Position numbers and translations under genes: made by a program
From: Naegleria gruberi
Taxonomy: Eukaryota
Length of the DNA stretch: 64,000 nucleotides
Assembly: GCA_000004985.1 (NCBI GenBank)
Contig: GG738893.1
Reading direction: 5' to 3' (one strand)
In this document: positions 9,551 to 19,409 of the stretch, one piece after another
Position numbering within the stretch: position 1 is the stretch's first letter
Layout of the letters: every line of letters begins with the position of its first letter
The notes under the pieces: model-generated
Database searches by the model: none
What the model saw: the letters and a program-made list of their open reading frames with translations, nothing else
What the model was told of the DNA's origin: nothing

Positions 9551-11168
9551 TTAGAGTTTTGAAGGTCTATTACTACCCAAGGCATCTGTCACTTCACGAA
9601 CGACTCTTTCAGCACTGACAATAGCACCTTCCATATAACCAATCCATGCTGTAGCTGTTTCAGTACCAGCAATAAACAATTTACGATTATACAATGGTTC
9701 TCTGTAGGCCATCTTGGTCATAGTCAAAGTACCTGGAGCAGTGATAGCACCATAACTTCCTCTAGTGTAAGGATCCATACCCCAATCCTTTTCAATATAA
9801 TCTACAAATTGTGATTTCCACTCTTCGACTGTACCACCAAGAGTTTCACTGTATTGTTTCATTAACAAGGCAACCTTCTTTTCCTTTGAGAATGTACTCC
9901 ATTCACAAGCTCTAGTGGCATAAACGAAACCACAAATACCAAAAATGAGATCATTCTTGTAACCAATATCATAAGTAAGAGTATGCCAATCTTCATCTTG
10001 GAGTGACAAAATGAAACCATTACTATTGTACTTGGTTCTCCAGAATGGTTGTTTAAATATTGTAAAGCACTTTACAGCATAACCCATAGGTGTTCTTTGA
10101 CAGAATTGATGTCTTTGAGATGGAACTGGTGGTTCGTATTGAATACCAAGGTGAGTCCATGGCAAATTAGTGGCAATAACCTTTTTGGCTTGGAAAACCT
10201 TTCCATTTTCACAAGTAACAGACATGGTTTCACCTTCATCCTTAATTTTAGTCACTGGATGCTTCAATAATACATTGAGCTTGTACTTGTCAACGAGTCC
10301 AGTAACAATACCATTAGTACCAAGGTAAACTTTGGCATCTTGGGCAGCATCTCTGACATTCATCAAATTATCAAAACTTCCAGCAGCAGCAATATACCAC
10401 AACATGAATAAAGTTGAAACTTCAGATGGATCAACAGCAAGAACAGTAATAACAAAGGTTCTGAAAAAGTCCTTAGCAACTTCAGTCTTGAACATTGAAT
10501 CCATAAAGGTTTGAACAGATTGTGAGTCATATTCCAAAGCCTTAGCACATTCACATGGTGCATCAACTGGAACAGTGTTAGCCATTTCTTCAATCTTCAT
10601 GATAGAACGTTGGAAATCCAACAAGACTTCTTCAGTAACATTCTTTGGATCAGATGGAATGCTTCCTGTATATTTGAGAATATTCTTCTTACCACCAATA
10701 CTTGGCATGACAAGGGATGAATTTCTATTTTCTTGTTCAAAGTATTGAGGAACCAATGACAAGTTAAGTTCCTTAATAAGAGACAAAACCTATTAAAATA
10801 GTTGCAATGAAATTGATAGATTAATTGATCATGATCAAAAATTCCTTACCTTTGGTTGAGGTGGTCCAACCCATTGTCCTATATTTTAATTCATCACATT
10901 GTGATCATCAAATATACATTTTAAATAATATATTATTTAAAAAACACAAACCTCCGATATCAATAACAACCTTTCCATTCAACAGGCTTTGAGAACGCAA
11001 TCTTCCTCCAATATAATCATTAGCCTCCAAAATTAAAACATTGGTAATATTATTTTGTTTCAACAACTTGGCAGCATTAACTCCGGCCATACCAGCACCA
11101 ATAACAATAACATCATACATTTTGCCTCCACAACATGGTGAAGATTCAACACAACTATTTTGAAGCAT
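9551..11168 (-). CDS. flavin-containing amine oxidase (monoamine-oxidase family); three exons: complement(join(9551..10789, 10850..10878, 10952..11168)); C-terminal SKL
   Basis: Exon 1 carries the FAD-binding N-terminus MYDVIVIGAGMAGVNAAKLL ... ILEANDYIGGRL. A 29-nt micro-exon encodes (G)QWVGPPQPK. Exon 3 runs VLSLIKELNL ... GTETATAWIGYMEGAIVSAERVVREV and ends in SKL (a PTS1-like tripeptide). The stretch GG-QWVGP-PQPK-VLSLIKELNL mirrors human MAO [21 protein letters not shown], which validates the micro-exon. Donors are GTTTGT and GTAAGG; acceptors are TAG. Confidence 0.8.
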
Positions 11169-11401
11169 TTTTTTTTAGTTGTGTTTTTCAAGATTTTTGT
11201 TTTGCACTTTTTTAGAACTCGCTCAAGAGTTGCTTCAGAGGTAAAATTTGGAAGTAAATAAAATTTTGAACTCAACTTTACAATGATGAATAAGGTTATA
11301 TTTGAGAAGGTCAACGAATATTTTAAAGGTCGCGCATTTAATGCACTTTAAGGCGAATTTTTATTTTATAGAGATATCCTTACAGGGATGATGCGGAATG
11401 C

Positions 11402-13632
11402 TCAATAATTAAATATCAATGAAATGCAAATAGTGAGAAGGAGTGTTACAATTAATGAACAGTCCAATTTAAAAGATGATGAAACTCTTGTGGAATTTCT
11501 AGCAGAAACAGTTGGCTGAATGGCAGAGTTGGAGGCAGTTGGTACAACTACATTGGATGGAGTATATTTCAATAAACCAATGTCATTGAATGGAATTTTG
11601 GTAAAGTATTCATTCTCGTATGGGTTTCCTTCAATGAGTGTGAAATTTAAGGCACTTGGGTTGGCAAACCATTTCATTGGAACATTCATGGTATTGTTGG
11701 AGACAGTTGACTTGGCATAAACCATTGATGCAATATTCAATGAAGTTGTTCCACTCATTAAATTGAAAACTACCTTATTTCCTTTTGGAGCATGAGGGTC
11801 ATCATTGAGAATATTAACAAGAGATGGATAGGCAGAAGCCCAAGGCTCGGTTTGATAAGGCATATTTTGGAGATTCTTCATGAGTTGTACTGAATTATTT
11901 GGTGCATTATATCCTCTGTTATCAACATGAATACTAATGGTATTGTTAATGAAAATATTGTTTCTTACACCATTATCTCTACCACCACCAACAAGAATAG
12001 CTCTGTAACATTCCAAAAGTACGTTTCCGTAAACATCAGCAGATGAATATTGATCATCAAGGTAAATACATGAAGTACCAAGTTGACCAGGTCCACGAAT
12101 GTGGTGAATGAAATTGTACTTGATGACATTTCCTCTCATAGTCCAATCTCTATTCGAAACATTAGAAATGAATATGAACAACTTTAAACATACCTTCCAC
12201 TATAAATGGCTCCAGCATCTCCTGTTTGAGTGCAAACATTGTAAATTTCATTGTAAGATAATTCATGGTTATTACCACTGTGCAAGATGGCTACATGCGA
12301 AGCTGTATGCAATACATTGTGCATTACCTTAACACCACATCCACTCAATGAAACTGCGCCTCTATAGGTCTTACCAATTCTTGAAAAATTGAAAATAGTA
12401 TTGTTCATTACAATGAGATCAGTATTGGTGAGTGTAATTCTTGAACCACCAGAAACTGAAACACCTCCTTGACCCAATTCATACATGGTATTGCTTGTAA
12501 CCTTACAACCAGTCAAACAATTACCAATAGCAAGGCCAACATTACCAGTATTGGAGATAGTACAACTATTCACAATCAAATAATTATAATTTGATGCCTT
12601 GATTGCGGTTCCTCTACACATTCCCAAATTGAGATTATGGAATTGATGAGCATGGGCATTGACTGTGAAAATCTGATCAGTTACTGAAAGAACCAAATCA
12701 TCATCATTTTCCAGAGGTCCAGGTGGATACAAATAAACCATGTCATCTAAAATAATGTATTCTCCAGCTTGATCGAGCTCACTCAAGAAATTCAATAAGA
12801 AAAATCTTTGACCACCCACAATACCATAAGTAATTGAGGATTGTTTTAAAGTGACAACACCTTCTGGAGTGACACTTTGTAAATCTTCAGTGCCATCTGC
12901 CCAATCGTATGCCCAATATCCAAAACCGAAAGGATACTTTTCATTTGGCCATCTATTTCTATTGGTTGCATTAGTAGCATCGAATGTGAAATTATTGACA
13001 CCTGGCTTGGCTCCAATCTTTAAGAAATTATCATCGAGTGTATCAGGAGAAATATTTGGATAACGAGCCAACGTCAAAACCTTTCCTCTATAGAAAAGTT
13101 CATTTTGTGAATCAGTTGAACCAATATATTGACCATTTCTTTTGAGTTTTGAAATTTGAGTTTGTGAAAAACCGACAGCTGTCAAATTCAATTGCAAAAC
13201 CTTTCCTTGTGAGCTTGTTGGAATCATATTAAAGGCCCAATTATTATTCTGAGATGTTACAACTGACCACAAGCTAGCTGGGAGTGGAACACCACCAACC
13301 ACTTTGACACTCTTGCCAGAATTTAAAGGTTTCCAAATGACAGGTGAAGTATTATCATTATACTTGCTAGGACTAGCTAAGGTAATTGATGAATTAATGA
13401 AATAGGACCCTTCTTCAATTAAAATGTTATAGGTTTGATTGGTGAGAGCTGAATTCTTCATGGACACAACTGTGGCTGCTGCTTTAGACAAAGTTTTGAA
13501 TGGAGAGTTGGTTGAGTTACCAAAGTTTGTATCGAGACCTTGACTGTCCGAAACGTAGATGTTAACTTGGCCTTTTAACACAGATAGAATGGTTAGCAAC
13601 AAAACGAAACAAACTAGTGTTGAATATTTCAT
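11402..13632 (-). CDS. secreted right-handed parallel beta-helix (pectin-lyase-fold-like) protein; two exons: complement(join(11402..12149, 12194..13632))
   Basis: Signal peptide MKYSTLVCFVLLLTILSVLKG. Many NxS/T sequons. The repeated G/N/S/T-rich rungs (NTGNVGLAIGNCLTGCKVTSNTMYELGQGGVSVSGGSRITLTNTDLIVMNNTIFN ...) are typical of beta-helix repeats. The C-terminus is hydrophobic (LIVTLLLTICISLIFNY). A 44-nt GTATGT..TAG intron rejoins the two ORFs in frame (…AIYSGR|DWTMRGNV…). Confidence 0.6.
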
Positions 13633-13991
13633 TTTTTTGTGTGATGATTTTTGATTGACACGATTTGTAACATTGATTAGAAATGATTCGGCCGTTTGTG
13701 AACTGTCATTTGCCTCATTATTTGCCCTTGTATTGTTTAAAAGAATATGCATCAATTATTATATGGACTAATCTTACATTTCATATTTGGTTTAGTTTCA
13801 TTATTGAACTTTAGTTTTCAGAGAAATCTTTGTATCTATAGATAGAATATCATATAAAAACCAAGTATTTTCAACAATTCCTTTTTCCTTACTTGAAATC
13901 GAACGTAATTTCAACAATTTTGTAATATTTTCCAATTTTGGCGCTGAAATTTCAATTCAAAAAATTAAAAAAAAATTAAAAAACTCTTTTC

Positions 13992-15701
13992 ATGCTCAAT
14001 TTTATCAGTTACGAAGATGAGAATGATCAACATGATCGATATTTTCGTTCCGTAGCCAAATTTCTCTTCACTCCAATTATTCTATGGTCCACTTTGAGTG
14101 CTCTGTTCGGATTGATGGGTCTGATCATTTATGCAATTTTTGTATCCTATGATGGAGGGCCTGAATACATTACGAATGAATATATTGGGATTTGGATGAG
14201 TGGAGTATTGCTGAGTGTGAGTGGGCAATTAATTTATTTAATTAGTAAGCCACCTGATCGTGATCAGAAGAAGAAATGGTCGGATAGGATATTGTTTGCA
14301 ATGAATGGATTGTATTTTGGTTTAATGTTGGTGATGAGTTTAGTGATCATGATTGGATATTCAATGTATGGATTGAGAGTGGATTTGATTGTGTGTTCAG
14401 TGTTGATTTTCTCTATTGGATTGTTGAGCTTTGTAGTTGTGATATTGAGATGGTTTGCCAGAGGAATGGTTCCATGTGATTGTTGTTATGAAATGGAAGA
14501 CGATGATGATAACGTTAGTGCATCACATCCTCTAATGTTTTCTTTCAAAATGTCAGTGAATAGAGAAAAACCGAAAAAGAGAAATAATTCATGCTTGTTG
14601 AATTGTGTGAAATATACATGTTTATTTGGAGTGAATTCTGTGTTGAGGACTGTATCAATTGTGATTTTATTACTTCTCGCTTTTGGAGCTGTCAATTTGG
14701 CAAATATTGTGAATATTTCAAAGAGAGGAAGAATGGTAAAGGTAAAATTGAATGATGGGTCTGAAAGAGTCCAGAAAATTCATTTGATTTGTGACGGACC
14801 TAAAGAATCAAATCAAAGTTCCACTTTTATATTCGAGAGTGATTTTTCACACAATTATGCAGATTTTTCAGATATCCAAACTTACATGACTCAACTTGGA
14901 AGAAGATCATGTATTTTTGATAAACCTGGGCTTGGATTCTCAGATTACCTATTCAAAGATCAAAAGAATGTCTCTACCTTTTATCATAACTTTATGCAGT
15001 CAATAGGAGAACAGCCACCATACATTTTTGTTGGATGGGGAGGAGGTGGTTCAATAATTTATCAATATGCCAGAGATCACCCTGAGATGGTAAAGTCTTT
15101 GACCTTCTTGGATGTTTTTCCAGATGGAATAGAATTTACTTCAGCCAAAATATTGAAGAAACTAACAGAATCAGAATATGAAGCATTTAAAAAGAGTGAA
15201 TTGAATTCTAGAAGGAGTATTATGAATATTGTGAATGCTATTGGAGTACCATTAGGAATTATGCCTTTCATTATCGGTCCAAATTCAAATACAAGCAATT
15301 CAAATGAAATTGCATTCTGGATGAGAACCGAAAAAACATGGATCACTCAATCAGTGTTTCTTGATGAAATGATTAATAATCAAAATTATACAGATTCTGT
15401 TTTTAACCTCAATCTCCCTCAAAATATTCCCATCAACCTGGTCATTTCAAAACACAATGATAGCTGGGTTGAGCAAAACAATTACCAGTGCAAATCTTTT
15501 GGAATAGATTCAAAAGAATGCAAATATCAGGTGGAATTGAACAAATTTTATGTGGAATCACAGTTGAACATTGTTCCCTCACTTAATGGAGGATCTGTGA
15601 CATTTTGCACAGACAATGACTGTTCTCAATCATATTATACTTTCATCAATCCAAAGTACACGGCAGAGACATTGAATAGAATTTATAAGAAGGATATTTA
15701 G
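13992..15701 (+). CDS. polytopic membrane protein with a C-terminal alpha/beta-hydrolase-like domain (nucleophile elbow reads GWGGGGS)
   Basis: 569-aa ORF. Four N-terminal hydrophobic helices, then a region resembling the alpha/beta-hydrolase core (PGLGFSDY ... IFVGWGGGGSIIYQYARDHPEMVKSLTFLDVF). Confidence 0.5.
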   Translation: MLNFISYEDENDQHDRYFRSVAKFLFTPIILWSTLSALFGLMGLIIYAIFVSYDGGPEYITNEYIGIWMSGVLLSVSGQLIYLISKPPDRDQKKKWSDRILFAMNGLYFGLMLVMSLVIMIGYSMYGLRVDLIVCSVLIFSIGLLSFVVVILRWFARGMVPCDCCYEMEDDDDNVSASHPLMFSFKMSVNREKPKKRNNSCLLNCVKYTCLFGVNSVLRTVSIVILLLLAFGAVNLANIVNISKRGRMVKVKLNDGSERVQKIHLICDGPKESNQSSTFIFESDFSHNYADFSDIQTYMTQLGRRSCIFDKPGLGFSDYLFKDQKNVSTFYHNFMQSIGEQPPYIFVGWGGGGSIIYQYARDHPEMVKSLTFLDVFPDGIEFTSAKILKKLTESEYEAFKKSELNSRRSIMNIVNAIGVPLGIMPFIIGPNSNTSNSNEIAFWMRTEKTWITQSVFLDEMINNQNYTDSVFNLNLPQNIPINLVISKHNDSWVEQNNYQCKSFGIDSKECKYQVELNKFYVESQLNIVPSLNGGSVTFCTDNDCSQSYYTFINPKYTAETLNRIYKKDI

Positions 15702-17812
15702 TAATAGCGAACTGGTTGGTTTTTGATATTTTCAAGGTAAGGAGAAATCTCAGGTACATCATTTACCAACCTGACACAATTTTCTTTTGAGAAGAACCTT
15801 GAAGCTCCATACAAACGCTCAATAAGTTTTGGACGTTTAGCCAGTAAAAGCTTTCCAAAGTAATAGTCATGTTTAGCCAAAAAACCAACAAAATAATAAA
15901 TTGGTGAGCTGACCAATAGTTTTGGATTTTTCAGCATGACTTCGTAACACAATTCATCATCAATTTCTTCAGTATCAAAACAGAAGTGAGATACTTTGAG
16001 AAGTAACGCTTTTCTCACATCAGGATCACTAACATAAGGTAGATTAGTTCGAGCCATTCTTTCTAAGGTGGTTGGGTCTCCTAATTTTACAATATCAAGT
16101 ATTTGATCTCTTGTAATGAAGTGTTCAATTGGGTAGTGATTGTTGAAATATTTCGTAATTGGAACGATGATTTTTGGGAATTCGTACATAACACTATCCT
16201 TTAAATTAATTAGAGTTCCATCCTCATTGACATTGAAATATAATCTATTCAAAAAGTTTTTCAAATTTTCCGATCCAACTTGTTTAGCAATATATATCTT
16301 CGCTTCTGTGAAACACTTGTCCAAAATTTTAAGATAGTTTTCATCAGTTTTGCCCAGCACTTCTAAATTATTGGGATACCTCAATGCAATATCTATTAAA
16401 TCCTTTTCCTTTTTCATATCATCTGATAGGAAAGGAAAATAAGAAGGCTGAATAGCCAAAAGTTTCTTTACAATCTTCTTATTTGATAGAACTTCTGATA
16501 GAAATGCATCTGCTTGAGAAGGATCAATGGCTTTTTCTCTAATGGAACCATCCATTATTTTCTTGGCAAGTCCAGGATATACACCTCTCTTCTTCAGATG
16601 GTTCCTGAAAAAATTGAAGTGTTTTGGTGTATATGGTTGGTCTAATATAGTGTCCATATAGAAACTATCTGACGACAAGCAAACAGGTACCAAATCATTT
16701 AGAGTAAAAGTACCCTTTCCAATAAAAGGAAATTTTTCAATCTGCTTTGTAAATAGCTCAGGATAATCATCTCTTTCAAATATAGAAAGCAAGTCATAAT
16801 CAATATTTTCAGAAATAACCAAACCACTCATTAAAGAAAACGCTCCATAATAATCTTTTCTTTTGAAAAACATCAGCTGAATACATTCCATCTCAAGATG
16901 ATGGCCAGTTACAAGAGTGTGATATCCCATTAAATTTGGCTTTTTTCTTACAAAGTAATCCAAAAGCTCAGCTCTTTCATAGCAGCTGTGTGCTGTTGGT
17001 ATCCAAGCCAAGGGATTTCTCGGATAGTGACGGTAATAATTATCAAAGAGAGCTGATTTGGGAGGTTTCAGAACTATCGAACAAACTTTCTTCTTTGTTT
17101 CTAAATCCAATCTTTCGAATGGAATTTTCAAAGCAACCTGAGGACATTTCCTAACAGCAGTCAATACAATGTCTGGATCCACTTTGAGTCTCTCTGAAAT
17201 ATGTGTATAGCAATAAGGACTACGTTTGGACATTCTCATGGCATTCATTATGAACTCTTTGTCATTCAATAATCGCTTAGGTATATTATTTAAATCTTGT
17301 AACCCCTTTTCCACAAAATCATTCACCAACATTCTCAAAAACAATTCTCCACTCAAATAATCACAATCTTCAATATAAATAAACATTCCACAGATATATA
17401 ATCCCTTCTTGAAAATGAGTAGCATGTATTCATTAATCATCATGTCTACACATAGAGAACTTCCTATTAATCTGTCAGATATCAACCCAGCTACTGAATG
17501 ACATTCCTTTGCAGCCACTCTCTTGTCAAATAAATTCGGATAATCAATTGCTAATTTCTTGAAAAACAAATATCTCTTATCAAAGGACAATATCTCAACA
17601 AATGCAAAACACACCCTCGAAAATCTATTAAATTCCAACAAGGAAAGATAATTTAATATGATTAGCCATGAATCTTCGGAAAGGTGCCAATCTTTGTAGT
17701 ACTTGATCGATCGGGTGTATTCTCTTTGTTCATCCTCGAGCCTTCTCATCTCTTCCATATTTTCAGAATAGTCGAAATTGAACCCGAAATCTTCATATTC
17801 TTCTTCTGCCAT
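15698..17812 (-). CDS. F-box domain protein (true ATG at 17810..17812; the track's start at 17863 is GTG)
   Basis: MAEEEYEDF ... WLIILNYLSLLEFNRFSRVC (F-box-like), followed by a long uncharacterised region. Its stop codon overlaps the stop of the convergent upstream gene (TTAG at 15698..15701). Confidence 0.5.
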   Translation of the reverse strand: MAEEEYEDFGFNFDYSENMEEMRRLEDEQREYTRSIKYYKDWHLSEDSWLIILNYLSLLEFNRFSRVCFAFVEILSFDKRYLFFKKLAIDYPNLFDKRVAAKECHSVAGLISDRLIGSSLCVDMMINEYMLLIFKKGLYICGMFIYIEDCDYLSGELFLRMLVNDFVEKGLQDLNNIPKRLLNDKEFIMNAMRMSKRSPYCYTHISERLKVDPDIVLTAVRKCPQVALKIPFERLDLETKKKVCSIVLKPPKSALFDNYYRHYPRNPLAWIPTAHSCYERAELLDYFVRKKPNLMGYHTLVTGHHLEMECIQLMFFKRKDYYGAFSLMSGLVISENIDYDLLSIFERDDYPELFTKQIEKFPFIGKGTFTLNDLVPVCLSSDSFYMDTILDQPYTPKHFNFFRNHLKKRGVYPGLAKKIMDGSIREKAIDPSQADAFLSEVLSNKKIVKKLLAIQPSYFPFLSDDMKKEKDLIDIALRYPNNLEVLGKTDENYLKILDKCFTEAKIYIAKQVGSENLKNFLNRLYFNVNEDGTLINLKDSVMYEFPKIIVPITKYFNNHYPIEHFITRDQILDIVKLGDPTTLERMARTNLPYVSDPDVRKALLLKVSHFCFDTEEIDDELCYEVMLKNPKLLVSSPIYYFVGFLAKHDYYFGKLLLAKRPKLIERLYGASRFFSKENCVRLVNDVPEISPYLENIKNQPVRYY

Positions 17813-17886
17813 TTTTTTTGGTTTACTTTGTAGACAACAATTCACATTTACAATTGAGTTCACAGAATGTTCAACAAATCAGAACA

Positions 17887-18863
17887 TTAATGTGTTACAG
17901 TGAATTGGTGCAATCCATGACCTTCATCCAGTTTAGTTACATTGAATTGATGATAACAAGTGTCACCCCCTTCTCGAACAAACCTTTTGTAATTTGAAAG
18001 GGTTAGTACTTCATTGGTTATATATGGTGCATTCAAGGTAACTCCACAAATACTACAAATCATTTCTACAAGCAATGCTTCTATTGTAAACTGAATTTCT
18101 GGATCTTCCAGTCCCAAAACAAATTCAACATCCAAGAAAATATATGGTATAATGGAAAGGAAATCAGCAAATCTGTAACTAACACTGGCCTTTTCACTAT
18201 GGTGTTCAATTAAAACTCTGAAAAATTGATTTCCATTGACTGAAATTGAAAAATAGGAATCTGTAAAGCCATAATATGTATCTTGATCAATTTCATCTTT
18301 GAATTCAATTCTCAAAGGATATCCATAATCTGTAAAAATTGTAAAGTTTTTCTTAGATTTACCATTTTCTGATTCAACAGAATGAACAAACACATCGTGA
18401 TTCAATGTATAAGCATCTGCATAAAGACTCCATTTAGAATAATTTTCTAGAGTCTTTTCTCGTACTTTTTCCAATGCCAATCCAATATTACACAAATGAG
18501 AGACTTTTCTCAATCCCAGTTCTTTAATTATTAGTGGTGATGCTATTAATTTATAGAAATTATCTCTCTCGTACAATGACAAATACACAAATACTTGAAA
18601 ACATCCCAATGAGATTTAAACTGATTATTACTTTGATCATTCTTGGCATGTTCAATGCACAAATCATGACACTTTCCAATGATTTTGGTAAAACGGAAAT
18701 ATGTTTGCAAATAATGGTGAGCAAATTGATCATCATTTTGAATGGCATTGTACATTTTCTTAGATGAGAGACGCAAAGACAACACTTCCGATGGGCATGA
18801 GTAGAAGAGAATTAAATTAATTTCATCGAGGCAAAGATTGGCCAGGATTGAAACTTTGGACAT
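17887..18863 (-). CDS. F-box domain protein, probably two exons: complement(join(17887..18542, 18587..18863))
   Basis: The N-terminus carries an F-box (LDEINLILFYSCPSEVLSLRLSSKKMYNAIQND). The two overlapping ORFs in different frames are reconciled by a 44-nt GTATTT..TAG intron (18543..18586), the same size as other introns here. Confidence 0.45.
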
Positions 18864-19016
18864 TTTTTTAAAAGATTGGAAACACTTGCATTGTAAAGAA
18901 TGAAAGCTAAATATTATTGAAAAACAACTAAAAGGAAATCGCCCACCGTGGGGGTCGAACCCACGACCACAAGGTTAAGAGCCTTGCGCTCTACCGACTG
19001 AGCTAGACGGGCTATT
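18775..19016. repeat. tandem duplication unit A (5' end of F-box gene + spacer + tRNA-Lys), abutting an N-gap
   Basis: Nearly identical to 19067..19277 apart from two small indels (10 nt and about 21 nt) and a few substitutions. Confidence 0.7.
18940..19012 (-). tRNA. tRNA-Lys (anticodon CTT)
   Basis: The reverse complement GCCCGTCTAGCTCAGTCGGTAGAGCGCAAGGCTCTTAACCTTGTGGTCGTGGGTTCGACCCCCACGGTGGGCG folds into a canonical cloverleaf. The anticodon loop is CTCTTAA, the T-loop is GGTTCGA, and there is no encoded CCA. It closely resembles eukaryotic tRNA-Lys-CTT. Confidence 0.85.
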
Positions 19017-19066
19017 NNNNNNNNNNNNNNNNNNNNNNNNNNNNNNNNNNNNNNNNNNNNNNNNNN
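19017..19066. other. assembly gap (50 N)
   Basis: A run of N characters between the two duplication units. Confidence 0.95.
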
Positions 19067-19277
19067 CAAGACAACACTTCCGATGGGCATGAGTAGAAGA
19101 GAATTAAATTAATTTCATCGAGGCAAAGATTGGCCAGGGTTGAAACTTTGGACATTTTTTTAAAAGATTGCATTGTAAAGAATGAACGCTAAAAGGAAAT
19201 CGCCCACCGTCGTGGTCGAACCCACGACCACAAGGTTAAGAGCCTTGCTCTCTACCGACTGAGCTAGACGGGCTATG
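19067..19277. repeat. tandem duplication unit B (includes a 93-nt copy of the F-box gene 5' CDS and a second tRNA-Lys-like copy)
   Basis: 19067..19160 repeats 18770..18863, the first 31 codons of the F-box gene. The rest repeats the spacer and the tRNA. Confidence 0.7.
19201..19273 (-). pseudogene. tRNA-Lys(CTT)-like second copy with stem-disrupting substitutions (probable pseudogene or mis-assembled copy)
   Basis: The anticodon arm is the same, but D-stem position 25 is C->A, and the 3' T-stem reads ACGAC instead of CCCAC, breaking two pairs. Confidence 0.5.
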
Positions 19278-19409
19278 TTGATGATGAATATATTCATAAT
19301 AAAAGCAAAATGAACACTATTTTAGCATTAAATATTTTATCTGCTAAAGTTATAGAATTAGTGAGAAAGTAAACTTCTTATTCAAAATTATTCCCAAAAT
19401 TACTGTCCA

